Shown here in pieces: positions 19,499-28,842 of a stretch of DNA of 64,000 nucleotides. The stretch spans positions 416,001 to 480,000 of the forward strand of contig OY969706.1 in the NCBI GenBank assembly GCA_963702095.1. Reading direction: 5' to 3'. The stretch is from Candidatus Bathyarchaeota archaeon. GTDB taxonomy: Archaea > Thermoproteota > Bathyarchaeia > Bathyarchaeales > Bathycorpusculaceae. The notes beneath the pieces were generated by a model. That model ran no database searches. It saw only the letters and a list, made by a program, of their open reading frames with translations, and was not told the DNA's origin. The position numbers and the translations under genes were made by a program. Position 1 is the stretch's first letter. Each line of letters opens with the position of its first letter.

Positions 19499-19924
19499 AT
19501 GGTTACACAAATTAAAGAATACACTTCAGCTCAAGCAATCGCCGAGGCATTAGACAAACAACTCGCTGAAACCAAAAGCGTTTTAGGAGAATACCTAAGA
19601 AAACTCGACGACATCCGCACCTTAGCTGAGAAATCCAAAAAAATCCGCGACACAGTCCTAAAACTCGCGGGTAAAAAAGCGCCCACAGATAACCCCAGCG
19701 AAATCACCGTGGGCACCCTAAACATAGTTTTAGACGCCACTCCCTATCACGAGTTGTCAGCTATAGAATCGGTTGTGCGTAGTCACCAAGAACGGCTTTT
19801 GGTGTTGCAGAAGGTTCGGGAAGCGCTTAAATGGCTCGACCAACTCGGCGATACAGACGGCCTCAAATACCTGGTTTTAGAAGACGAAGGCATACCTGAT
19901 CGAATCCTATTCAAAATATCATAG
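19499..19924 (+). CDS. Coiled-coil hypothetical protein
   Basis: Two heptad helices separated by a beta hairpin; SD-like GGAG upstream. Confidence 0.75.
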   Translation: MVTQIKEYTSAQAIAEALDKQLAETKSVLGEYLRKLDDIRTLAEKSKKIRDTVLKLAGKKAPTDNPSEITVGTLNIVLDATPYHELSAIESVVRSHQERLLVLQKVREALKWLDQLGDTDGLKYLVLEDEGIPDRILFKIS

Positions 19925-19949
19925 AATAACCTGAAAGGAGTAAAACACT

Positions 19950-20792
19950 GTGACTGAGGAACACTCAAACGCGTTGCAAACAGTTATTGGCGAATTAAAA
20001 ACTCTTAGCCCAGACATAACCAACGCTTTTGTTTTCAAAGCAGACGGCGAAACCTTAGCCAGCAGCGAAAAAACCACCCCCGACCAAACACTGAGTTTAA
20101 TCGCCAACCTCAAAACCATAACACACGCCCAGACCATCGGAGGCATCGAAAACTTCATCATCCAAGACGTCAGCAGCCAACTACGCTTAACCGCTGTGGG
20201 CGACGTGTATTTTGGGACAGTTTCATCTCGGACCGCTAACCAAAAAATCGTTAAGTCACTCACACAAGTGGTGGTTCCCGCATTCATACAACTTAGCGTT
20301 GGAACACCAATCACGCTTTTAGAGTTGCCGAAGTCAACTGTTGCAGAGGAGGAAGTTGTCGAAGAGGCTGTCGAAGCTGTTTCGTCGGTGCAGGAACAGG
20401 AACTTGAGCAGCCCACAATCGAAGTTACTCCTGAAATTCCTCCTGAAGTAGAGGAGGACCCTGAACCGCCTGAACCGTTGCTGCCCACTGCCCCGACCAC
20501 GCAGTTTATGGTGGAGAGAATCGGCGGTTTACTTGTTGCATCGGACACAGTGCGTATTGACAGTGAAACAATTAAGAATTGGCGTGAACTCTATGGCACC
20601 AAACTATTCAGTCAGGTTCGCATCGAAACTTTAGAGGGCAAAAATATCGTTTGCAAATATAGACCCCTAAACTCAAAAGCTAATGCTAAAGGCATAATCG
20701 AGATTCCGGGAAAAATCATCCAAGACCTTGGAATAGACAGGGGAAAACTGGTAATGGTTAAACCAGCAATAAACAAGGAGCTGCCACGTTGA
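19950..20792 (+). CDS. Roadblock-like domain + acidic linker + double-psi-barrel-like C-terminal domain
   Basis: AFVFKADGETLAS roadblock pattern; Glu/Pro-rich linker; DTVRID...GIIEIP...LGI.RG.LVMVKP. Confidence 0.6.
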   Translation: MTEEHSNALQTVIGELKTLSPDITNAFVFKADGETLASSEKTTPDQTLSLIANLKTITHAQTIGGIENFIIQDVSSQLRLTAVGDVYFGTVSSRTANQKIVKSLTQVVVPAFIQLSVGTPITLLELPKSTVAEEEVVEEAVEAVSSVQEQELEQPTIEVTPEIPPEVEEDPEPPEPLLPTAPTTQFMVERIGGLLVASDTVRIDSETIKNWRELYGTKLFSQVRIETLEGKNIVCKYRPLNSKANAKGIIEIPGKIIQDLGIDRGKLVMVKPAINKELPR

Positions 20793-21190
20793 AACAGCAA
20801 ATAACCACCCAAGAAACAATGCCAATCATCGACACGGCAACCATAATTCCGATTGATGAGGACAACGCGGTGTTTGCAAGTTTAGCAACCAGTCTAGCGG
20901 AAATACGCAAACTCAAAGGGGTCCAAGGATACATCCTCAGAAGCAATACCTCCGCTGTCTTTGATATAGTGGAGCAAGACAAAGTTCCCGACTACGCAAT
21001 TTTATCAACGCAGATTGAAGAAGCCTACCCTGGTATGGCTAAAAGCTTCAAGTTAGCCGACATTGAAAGCGTCATAGTTGAGGGTAAAGACGCTAAAGTG
21101 CTTTGCATGAGTGTAGGCGGCCACAAAATGAGCGTTTTCATGGATAAAACCGCTACACATTCATGGATAATAAAAAGAATCCTGCTTTAG
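20789..21190 (+). CDS. Roadblock/LC7 domain protein
   Basis: L.EI..LKGVQGYILR, IESVIVEGKD.KVL pattern; 4-bp overlap with the upstream gene. Confidence 0.7.
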   Translation: MKQQITTQETMPIIDTATIIPIDEDNAVFASLATSLAEIRKLKGVQGYILRSNTSAVFDIVEQDKVPDYAILSTQIEEAYPGMAKSFKLADIESVIVEGKDAKVLCMSVGGHKMSVFMDKTATHSWIIKRILL

Positions 21191-21197
21191 CGGCTCT

Positions 21198-21385
21198 GTT
21201 CTCTCTCTTTATGTGGGTGTGGCGGTTTACGGGGTGCCACAAGATGGCTTGAGGGTTGCGTCGTTTTTTGCGGTTGCATTGTTTTTCGGCTCCTGTTTCG
21301 GTGTGGCAAGTGAGATTTTCTCCACGCCCTGCATGGCTCTATGCAGAGTTGGGCTGGATGTGTGTGTTAAAACATGTATGATAAG
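21198..21385 (-). repeat. Dispersed intergenic repeat family A, copy 2
   Basis: Reverse complement aligns with 55545-55731 (CCATG.AGGGCGTG, TTGCCACACCGAAACAG, TCTTGTGGCACCCC..AAACCGCCAC.CCCACATAAAGAGA). Confidence 0.88.
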
Positions 21386-21946
21386 CCTTATACCGTCCGA
21401 GAAAAATAAACCTGCAAAATAAAAACCATGACCCAGGTTCAACTTCGCTGCTCTGCCACCACCTCCCCTTACATAAAGGCAAAAATAGGGTCCTGTAAGT
21501 CTGCGACTGCTCTTTTTTCCTGTAAAAAATCGTGCGCTACCATTTTTCCCTTGGGGCTGGCTTTTCTACTTCTGGAAAGAGGGCTTAAAGCAAAAATTCT
21601 GCGAGTGTTTCCTCAAGTTTTTCTTTAGGCTTGTTAGTTTTTGAAGGATTATCTTTCTTCATATTATAACGGTCGCTCGTTTGCAATAAAAGTTGATGTG
21701 ATTGCTTACCGGTTACAACACTATCGTTTGAGTTCTTTGGGCTGGTCTTTTAAGTTCTGAAGAACTTGTTGCTTCAATTTTAAACCACATTACCTTATAC
21801 AGCTGTTGGGGAATTGATTTATTGCGGATTTGCCGCAATCCACACCATCGATAACCGAATATTCGGATTACTCAAACATTTGGATTGTAAGGGCAAAAAT
21901 CCGCACTTAACCTTTAGAAAGTGTCTTATTAAAAAGAGAATAAGCT

Positions 21947-22186
21947 GTGAGTTTGCTAAGAGAAATCCTGCAAGTTTGTGATGGAATAAATGAGCAAGCC
22001 GTTATGCTTATGCCTCCAAACTCAGACGATGTCCATTCTCAGGGCTACCAACTCCACATTAAAGCAACAGCAATGGATAATACTGCTTGCCTTATACCTC
22101 TTGCAAAGAAGCGTAACTTAGAGGTTGCTCAAGATGCAAGCAAGGATTTAATCGTAATTTACAGACCGATGCAACCGCAAAAGTGA
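21947..22186 (+). CDS. Small hypothetical protein
   Basis: ORF with normal composition ending LIVIYRP. Confidence 0.55.
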   Translation: MSLLREILQVCDGINEQAVMLMPPNSDDVHSQGYQLHIKATAMDNTACLIPLAKKRNLEVAQDASKDLIVIYRPMQPQK

Positions 22187-22453
22187 ATATCGCTTATTGG
22201 GGATTGGCTTTGTTTTTGTGTTAACTCAGTCAACTTTTTGTGAGGCATTCTGAATTAGGATTAGCCACTTGTTTTATCCCTCAATAGTTACTCTGCGCAT
22301 ATCCTTTTAGCCAAGTCACTTAACCCTCGCCTTCAAACTGTTACAAATAGTTATGGACAGTGCTCTTTAGCCATTAAACTGTTTTTTGGATGTAGCCCAA
22401 CCAGTTTAGTTAAGGTATAAAAACCATATTTTCTAATTATTAGTGGCTGACAT

Positions 22454-22903
22454 TTGTCACTCCGTGCTTTTGCTGAGGTTCTGCTGTCTTATTTTGACGG
22501 ATTGTCTGCCCTCAAAATGGTGGGTCAACTGTTTTTGGAAGGATTTGAGTCGTTGTATGTTCTTCGGTATTTGCCATGTCTGGTAATGGTTTTTATGGGG
22601 TTCATGGACTGTGCCACCACCGTAATCGGGACAGCATATTACGGCACACAAGAACTCAATCCCCTCATCGCAGAGTTAGTTCACACTAACCTGTTAGCGT
22701 TTGTGGTTGTTAAGTCGGCTGTGACGGTTTCGGTGGGGGTGCTTTTTGTTTTAGCGGAGAGAACTCTTATTCGGAGCGCAACTCCAGACGACCGGTCTTT
22801 TAGGCTTGCCCACAACATCTTAAGGGCAGCCTATGTCGGCATAATTCTTTTCCTCACTGTGGTTGTTGTAAACAACCTTTTGGTTATCCTACAAAACGCT
22901 TAG
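22454..22903 (+). CDS. DUF5658-like membrane protein
   Basis: D..TT.IG......E.NP.....FVVVK...VVVNN pattern; true start probably further downstream. Confidence 0.7.
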   Translation: MSLRAFAEVLLSYFDGLSALKMVGQLFLEGFESLYVLRYLPCLVMVFMGFMDCATTVIGTAYYGTQELNPLIAELVHTNLLAFVVVKSAVTVSVGVLFVLAERTLIRSATPDDRSFRLAHNILRAAYVGIILFLTVVVVNNLLVILQNA

Positions 22904-22947
22904 CAGCAAGAAAGGGCTTTAAAGCAACCTAAGCATACCCAGTAAAT

Positions 22948-23526
22948 GTGAACGCTTTGCCAAGAGAATTCGTCCTTTTTTCCCGTTTGGGAAAAACTGA
23001 TTCAAACTTTACCAGTCTCCACGAAGCAGGACGCTTAGACATAGTGCATGAATGCATAGTGGGCAGCCTATTTCTTAGCCACGGTTTGCGCAGAGACGTT
23101 ACCTTCCACGCCATCCTCAACGGACCCCCCAACCCACCACAGCACATCCAAATCAACGGTGAAACCCTCTACGACGTCCGAACCGACATGGAAACCTGGC
23201 AGCAAATCCTCAAAAAAACCCTCGCCGGCAAACCACACCCCGGCATCTCCAAAGACAAAACCGCCTTCGAAAACTTGCTTAAAACCAAAGCGCAAACTCA
23301 CCAAATCTACGTTCTCGAAGAAGACGGAAAAAACGTTAGTGAAGTTACCTTCTCCGATAACTGTTTGTTTGTGCTAGGCGACCATGTTGGGTTGCCTAGG
23401 AAAGCTGAAGATTTTGCTTTACGGTTCGGGGAAAAAGTTAGTCTTGGAAAAACGCCCTATTTGGCTGCGTCGTGCATAACCATCATCAACTACACGTTGG
23501 ATCGACAGGCTAAGGCTGGCTCTTGA
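22948..23526 (+). CDS. trmY: tRNA pseudouridine(54)-N1 methyltransferase (SPOUT)
   Basis: GRLDIV, FLSHGLRRDV, LEEDG, FVLGDH.G, SLG...YLA..CI. Confidence 0.88.
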   Translation: MNALPREFVLFSRLGKTDSNFTSLHEAGRLDIVHECIVGSLFLSHGLRRDVTFHAILNGPPNPPQHIQINGETLYDVRTDMETWQQILKKTLAGKPHPGISKDKTAFENLLKTKAQTHQIYVLEEDGKNVSEVTFSDNCLFVLGDHVGLPRKAEDFALRFGEKVSLGKTPYLAASCITIINYTLDRQAKAGS

Positions 23527-24508
23527 AGTGTTCCCAACCCTTTGCTTTGATCGCCTGTTTTTTGCCCTCCACTTCCAAAACGACCTCTTTGTTAGCTGCC
23601 GTTGCCCTTCCAATCGGGATTAAGCTGCCGTGGACTGCTTCAACAACGGCTTTGGCTTCTTCCCACTTTTTAGGTTTAACCGTTAACACCAACTCGTACT
23701 CTTCGCCGCCGTAAAACGCCAAATCCACCGTGTCTAAGCCATTCTGCAGAGCGAATTTCTCCACTTCAGGCGCAATCGGCACCCTATCCAACACAAAGCC
23801 CACCCCACTCATCTTGCCAATTTCATGCAGACTCCACGCTAAGCCGTCGCTTGAATCCATAGACGCCGTGACGTAGTCATAGCCGCGAAGCGCCAAACCC
23901 TCCGCCAGCCGTGCCTTAGGATAGAAAACTGCGTCCACCAGTACGTCCTGGGTTCGAGTTGAGGCTTTGCAGCCGCCAGTAAGCAGCCGCAGCCCCGCCG
24001 GGGGTTTACCGAACAAACCTGTGACTGCGACGATGTCGCCGTCTTTGGCTCCGCTGCGCAGCATCAGGGCGTTTCTGGCGATGCCGAAGAGTGATATGCT
24101 GATGATGAGGTCGCTGGTTTGGTTAGTGTCTCCTCCGACTATGTAGGCGCCGTATTCTCGTGCCCCCGAGTTAAGTCCATCAGCTATTTCGGTTACAGCT
24201 TTCCGGTTTGTCAGAGCTTTTGGCAGCCCCAGCGCAACCACGATGGCGGAGGGCATGACGCCTTTGGAGGCGAAGTCGCTGATGTTCATGACAACGGCTT
24301 TTCGGGCGGCGGCAAACAGGCTCATTCCAGCTGGGACATCGGTTGCTCCAACAAGCATGTCGGTTTTTAACACTGCGATTTCATCGCCCAACAGTGATGC
24401 TCCCGAGACGTCGTCGCCAAACGGCACCGGCATGCCAGGCATAAGTGTCAATTGCTTCTGAATCAACCGAATTATCTCGTGTTCCCCCAAGCCTTCTGCA
24501 TCGCCCAA
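23510..24508 (-). CDS. thiL: Thiamine-monophosphate kinase
   Basis: GE.EII, FGDD, KTDML, NISDFASKG, GGDT, MDSSDGL, GGEEYEL, GWEHF. Confidence 0.95.
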   Translation of the reverse strand: MGDAEGLGEHEIIRLIQKQLTLMPGMPVPFGDDVSGASLLGDEIAVLKTDMLVGATDVPAGMSLFAAARKAVVMNISDFASKGVMPSAIVVALGLPKALTNRKAVTEIADGLNSGAREYGAYIVGGDTNQTSDLIISISLFGIARNALMLRSGAKDGDIVAVTGLFGKPPAGLRLLTGGCKASTRTQDVLVDAVFYPKARLAEGLALRGYDYVTASMDSSDGLAWSLHEIGKMSGVGFVLDRVPIAPEVEKFALQNGLDTVDLAFYGGEEYELVLTVKPKKWEEAKAVVEAVHGSLIPIGRATAANKEVVLEVEGKKQAIKAKGWEHFKSQP

Positions 24509-24627
24509 ACCATGTCACCTCTACAGGGCAAATGATGCATTCAACCAAATAAATAAACACCCAACTAACCTAAACTAACCTTTAAAAATACGCAGAACCC
24601 TTCCAATTACGCAAATGCAAATGTGAT

Positions 24628-24704
24628 GCCCCGATGGCTCAGCCTGGTAGAGCGGCTGCCTCGTAAGCAGCAGGCCGCGGGATCAAAGCCCGCTCGAGGC
24701 TCCA
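24628..24704 (+). tRNA. tRNA-Thr(CGT), CCA encoded
   Basis: Cloverleaf folded by hand: GCCCCGA/TCGAGGC acceptor (one C:A mismatch), GCTGC-CTCGTAA-GCAGC anticodon arm, GCGGG-ATCAAAG-CCCGC T arm. Confidence 0.92.
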
Positions 24705-25179
24705 TTTCTTTACTTTTTGGTTGGCTGTTTAGGCTGTGTTTTCTTTTTGGAATTTCTGGTGCCTTATGTTGTAGTATAGGAAGGCTGCTGAGAGTAGGGC
24801 TGTGCAGAAGGTGAAGGTGATTATGAAGTTCGTGTTTTTATCTCCTATATGTGTGGGAAGTAGAGGACTTGTTTTTCGGTTGTTTTTTTGGGGGTTTTTT
24901 CCATTTTTTCCACCAACGGTGTTTGGTATTATGTGGGCATCAACCAATATAAGGCTAGTTGAGATTTGTTCACAATTATTGTGAAATAGTGCATAAGTGG
25001 CTTATTTGGCGATTAAATGCGTGAAGTTTGTCCTTGTTATGTAACGTAGACTGTACAAACGTGAAAAAGACACGATCGTTTTCCCTGCGTTTACTGTAGA
25101 AGAGTTGTACATTTACGCTGCAAAGCCAAAACCGAGACAATGTTTATAATATATCGCTATACTCAATAATCCAGAGTAT

Positions 25180-25527
25180 ATGGAAGTGACTAGCATGCAA
25201 CTTTTCGGGCACCACGAAGACAAACTCAAATGCCCCTACAAAGGATGCGAAAAACACTTCGATAAGCCAACCATGATCACCGACAACTCCGTCATACCAC
25301 GCCAAATGCACTACGCCTGCCCCCACTGCATGTCACGACTCGACATTATCACAGAAAAATCAAGGATAATCGACGTACGGGCAACCGAATACCCGATGGT
25401 TTTCGATTCCCCCGCCAAATGCGCCCACTTCAACGGCTTACTCAACGCACCCGCGGGCAGCATACTCACACAGGATGAATGCCTCGTTTGCCCCAAAGTG
25501 CTGCAGTGTAACCTGCGCAAAAAATAA
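25180..25527 (+). CDS. Cys-rich zinc-finger hypothetical protein
   Basis: CPYKGC, CPHC, C.HF and CLVC...C clusters. Confidence 0.75.
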   Translation: MEVTSMQLFGHHEDKLKCPYKGCEKHFDKPTMITDNSVIPRQMHYACPHCMSRLDIITEKSRIIDVRATEYPMVFDSPAKCAHFNGLLNAPAGSILTQDECLVCPKVLQCNLRKK

Positions 25528-25583
25528 CATTGATCCGACACTGTCTTCCATCCCTTTTTTGAAGTGTAAATTGGTTTTTTAGT

Positions 25584-25625
25584 CTTTGTGTGGTATGGCT
25601 GTTTTAGGGTTGCCACAAGACTGCC
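25584..25625 (-). repeat. Repeat family A, partial copy 3
   Basis: CTTTGTGTGGTATGGCTGTTTTAGGGTTGCCACAAGACTG resembles the starts of copies 2 and 4. Confidence 0.55.
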
Positions 25626-25741
25626 CCAGTGTGTTTCTGCGGATTTTCTAACAGAGCCTAAAGTGCATTGATATCCATCTTAAAAGTTTAAATGATGGAA
25701 GACAGACTAAACAATCCGACGCCGCCGTTTTGAGGGCGTTT

Positions 25742-25849
25742 GCCGGGGTAGCCTAGCCTGGCTAGGGCGCCAGACTCATAATCTGGAGAACAATAGGGCC
25801 ACACGCCCCTGTCCAGAAGTCGCGGGCTCGAATCCCGCCCCCGGCACCA
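25742..25849 (+). tRNA. Elongator tRNA-Met(CAT) with 30-nt intron (25789-25818) at position 45/46
   Basis: GCCGGGG/CCCCGGC acceptor, CCAGA-CTCATAA-TCTGG anticodon arm; removing the intron restores variable loop AGGTC; BHB-like CTGG/CCAG helix with AGA and AAG bulges. Confidence 0.9.
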
Positions 25850-25922
25850 CTATTTTAGTTTGGGCCTCGTTGCGTTTTTTGCATAAAATTTTAAAGCAAA
25901 AAACCGATAATTTTACTGTTGC

Positions 25923-26316
25923 GTGATAACTTTGGCGGGTAAACATCACATATTAAGGTTAAATAAAGAAAATGATTTTTGCATTGTACTTAAGCGTCAG
26001 AAGTATTTCACATCCATGACATCGGTTAATGGTTGGCGAGAAGGGACAGCTGTCATTTTTCTTAAAAATACCGATGATGGTGATGGCGTTGTAGGTGTTG
26101 GCTATTTTGAGTATGCAATATGTCGACATGCCTACGGATGATAAGATTATCTGTGAAAGAACAGGCAGCAAATTTCTAGTTAAATTAACCGATTTTGCTT
26201 CTATTGCGCCTCATAGGCTCGTAGAGGAGACTGCGATTGGTAACTGGGGAATCAACGGAAAAATGTTACATGGCAAAAGCCTGTCCGATAAAGAACTAAA
26301 GACAGTGTTGGGTTGA
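25923..26316 (+). pseudogene. AT-rich hypothetical gene split by a frameshift
   Basis: Overlapping ORFs 25923-26141 and 26095-26316. Confidence 0.5.
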
Positions 26317-26504
26317 AAAAGCGAAAACCCCGTAGTTCGCTAATACCAAAGGCAGAAAACAAAACGGTTGCCATAACAAAACATGGAATCACCCGGCATA
26401 TTCCTGTACTTTCAATAGAAGAGACAGAAGGTTTTATTTCGAGACTTAATAGCAAAAACTTGCGTGATGAGACCGATAGAATTTGTTTAGGGCGTCTTGA
26501 TTAG
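26313..26504 (+). CDS. Small hypothetical protein (possible antitoxin-like fragment)
   Basis: Short ORF overlapping the upstream stop; ends NLRDETDR. Confidence 0.35.
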   Translation: MKKRKPRSSLIPKAENKTVAITKHGITRHIPVLSIEETEGFISRLNSKNLRDETDRICLGRLD

Positions 26505-26709
26505 GCTGTCTCTACGATTGCCTCTTCAACCTTTTTTATAAGACCGCTTTGTTTGGCGTTCCAAATTTCGATGCCCATGACTTTGTCTTTTTGTCTAATT
26601 CAAGAAGGACGTCTGGGTCGGCTTCGATTACTTCGTAGCTTGGGCCTTCTTTGAAGAGCAAGTGAAGTATGTCCTCTTTTTTATCATAAGTTGTTTTCAG
26701 TAATGTCAT
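26502..26709 (-). CDS. DUF2283-like small protein (apparent -1 frameshift in an A-run near 26590)
   Basis: YDKKEDILHL motif; adding one A gives ELDKKDKVMGIEIWNA. Confidence 0.7.
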
Positions 26710-26737
26710 GCCCCTTCTCAATGTAATTAATACGCCC

Positions 26738-27745
26738 TTAACTGTAAAATCTCTTTAGCGCCATAAGCGCTTTTAGAGTTATCCATTTGCTTGGTTCGCC
26801 TTTGCGTTCGATGTTAACTTGGAATCTGCCGTTAAAGGTGTTCTCCAGCTTCCATCTGCCCTTCTCATCCTGCTTGGAAACGACCAAGTCCACTGCCTCC
26901 TGCATTCGCTCGTCTTTACCCAACTTCGATAGTATCTCCAGCACCTCCAACGCGTCCGTTTGATACATCAGTGGAAAACCAAAGTGCATCCAACCCGGCT
27001 TCGAAACCCTGCCAAGGTTGTGGCTTCTTTTGTAGATGTGGTGTTTGAGGAAGTATTCTGCGCCTGCCTTTATGGTAACTTCTGACTTGGCGTCTCTTTT
27101 CTGCTGCGGGATTTCTGCGAGCGCCTTCAGCGCTTTGGCTGCGCCCATGTGGCAGCTGTGCTTGCCCCAGCACGTTTCGTACTTGTCGTAGGGCCAACCC
27201 GCTGGTGCTCCCTCGCCTTCTGCGTCGTCGAATCGCTGGTAACGGTTAATCCAGTCGATGCCCGCTTGCACTCGGGGGTCATCGAGGTACCCGAGCCTGA
27301 TAAGACTAAAGACCATGTTGCCTGTTAAGCAGGGTATGACGCCGCTTTCTCTGCCTCCACCAGCCCTCTCAGACCTCGCCATCGAAAACCCGCCGCTCTG
27401 CGGGTGCTGGCTGTTTTCGAGGATGAATTCGCAGGCTTTCTTGACTCGGCAGTCGGCTGGGTCTGCGCTGAGTTCCGCCAAAATTAGGAGCTGCCAAACT
27501 GTGCCCTTGTATTTGTCAGTGTAGAAGGCGACGGGGGTTTCCCAACGGCCGTCTCTGTTCATTTTGGCAAGGATTTTGGGGACTACGCCCGTTTTCATAA
27601 TTGCCTTTCTTGCCGCGTCAGCTTCTGGGCTGTCTTTTGGCTTATCTAAGAGGTCTGTTAGGGTATAGTAGCGGACTGAGGGGTTGTCTTCTTCCAGTAG
27701 CCACTCGGTTGCATCTGTCCTCGAAATCGACCGCCAATCAACCAT
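26738..27745 (-). CDS. Prenyltransferase/squalene-cyclase-like alpha-alpha barrel protein
   Basis: WLLE..NPSVRY, QW-like repeats (SQ...GGF, KQDEKGRW), SKWITL. Confidence 0.75.
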   Translation of the reverse strand: MVDWRSISRTDATEWLLEEDNPSVRYYTLTDLLDKPKDSPEADAARKAIMKTGVVPKILAKMNRDGRWETPVAFYTDKYKGTVWQLLILAELSADPADCRVKKACEFILENSQHPQSGGFSMARSERAGGGRESGVIPCLTGNMVFSLIRLGYLDDPRVQAGIDWINRYQRFDDAEGEGAPAGWPYDKYETCWGKHSCHMGAAKALKALAEIPQQKRDAKSEVTIKAGAEYFLKHHIYKRSHNLGRVSKPGWMHFGFPLMYQTDALEVLEILSKLGKDERMQEAVDLVVSKQDEKGRWKLENTFNGRFQVNIERKGEPSKWITLKALMALKRFYS

Positions 27746-27806
27746 TCTAAGTTACCTTTTCTTGTCGATAGGCTTGTTTGTGTTTTTTGCTTAAATGGCT
27801 TTAGTG

Positions 27807-28271
27807 TTAACTGCTCTGCATTAGCTTTTGGGCAAATGCTTCTGCTGCTGCAAGGTCTTCGCTGTTGGGTCTGCCCTTGTTTATACCGCCGAACAGTTTC
27901 AAGAAACTGTTGGTATCGTGGCCATGGCAGTTGAACTCGTCAACGATGACGTAGCCTTTGGCTTGCAGTTTCTCCCTAAGTGAGGTGTGGATTTTGACTT
28001 TGTAATCTGGGTTAGATATGCCGCTGGTGGAGAAAATAAACGCTTTCTTTCCGTCGCTGTTTGGTAGTTGGTCGGCGAAATCGAGTAGTTCTTTGTAATG
28101 CTTGCCGCTGTCTATCCCCGCGCCGAAACCCACTACGTCATAATCTGCAAGTTGGGCTGCGTCAGTGTTCTGTGGCGTCTTTATTTCTGCCTCGAGCACT
28201 TTAGCGATGACCTCGGCGATTTTTTGGGTGTTTAAGTGATGGTAAGAATACACGATAATAAGTGATTTCAA
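27807..28271 (-). CDS. Flavodoxin-like protein
   Basis: YSYHH.NT.KIAE, FIFSTSG, GRPN.EDL. Confidence 0.88.
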   Translation of the reverse strand: MKSLIIVYSYHHLNTQKIAEVIAKVLEAEIKTPQNTDAAQLADYDVVGFGAGIDSGKHYKELLDFADQLPNSDGKKAFIFSTSGISNPDYKVKIHTSLREKLQAKGYVIVDEFNCHGHDTNSFLKLFGGINKGRPNSEDLAAAEAFAQKLMQSS

Positions 28272-28347
28272 GCTAGCCCCTTGTCATTTGTGGCAGTCAC
28301 GACTTATTTCCCTTTTTGTTTTAATGCAAACTGTTAATTAGTCAAGC

Positions 28348-28842
28348 TTGATGGCTATTACTGTGGTTAGATGCATGCAGTTTTTTCATATGCGAGACGA
28401 TGAATCCAAAAACTGGCATAACTACTTAGTCGTGCAATTGGGCAAAGAAGAGTTTAGGGCGCTTAAAACCCGTTTTGAAACGCAGGTTCCCAAATTAGAC
28501 TGCTGGGCGATGATACGCGACGGCGGCCCCTACATAGTGTTCGATTATGGCGGTGTTATTAGTCTCGGCGAAGCCTTCGGCAGCGGGCAAACCTTGGGTG
28601 AGAAACTCCAAGTCGGCGACGTCGTCACCGTTATCTTAACTGATAAACCGCAGGATCAACTGTTCATACTTGAAAACAGAGTTCTCAAACTTAACTTTGC
28701 CCTCTCAGAAGTCATCGTTTATCCCTTCACCTACACCAAAGAAATGGAGCAAACCTACGAATTCTACGCCCACTACGCAAGACTAAAAGAAGGCAACCGA
28801 GAAGTAACTATAAAGAACAAACCTCGACTATCCCTTAGGTGA
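28348..28842 (+). CDS. Hypothetical protein
   Basis: ORF overlapping the next gene by 4 bp. Confidence 0.65.
   Translation: MMAITVVRCMQFFHMRDDESKNWHNYLVVQLGKEEFRALKTRFETQVPKLDCWAMIRDGGPYIVFDYGGVISLGEAFGSGQTLGEKLQVGDVVTVILTDKPQDQLFILENRVLKLNFALSEVIVYPFTYTKEMEQTYEFYAHYARLKEGNREVTIKNKPRLSLR

Noticed and set aside
21560-21590. Possible ORB element / replication origin
   Set aside because: Only a weak TGGAAA..GGG match, not repeated, and no cdc6/orc1 gene in the window.
26738-27745. Nitrogenase or true squalene-hopene cyclase
   Set aside because: No P-loop or Fe-S motifs and no DxDD catalytic motif; only a single alpha-alpha barrel.
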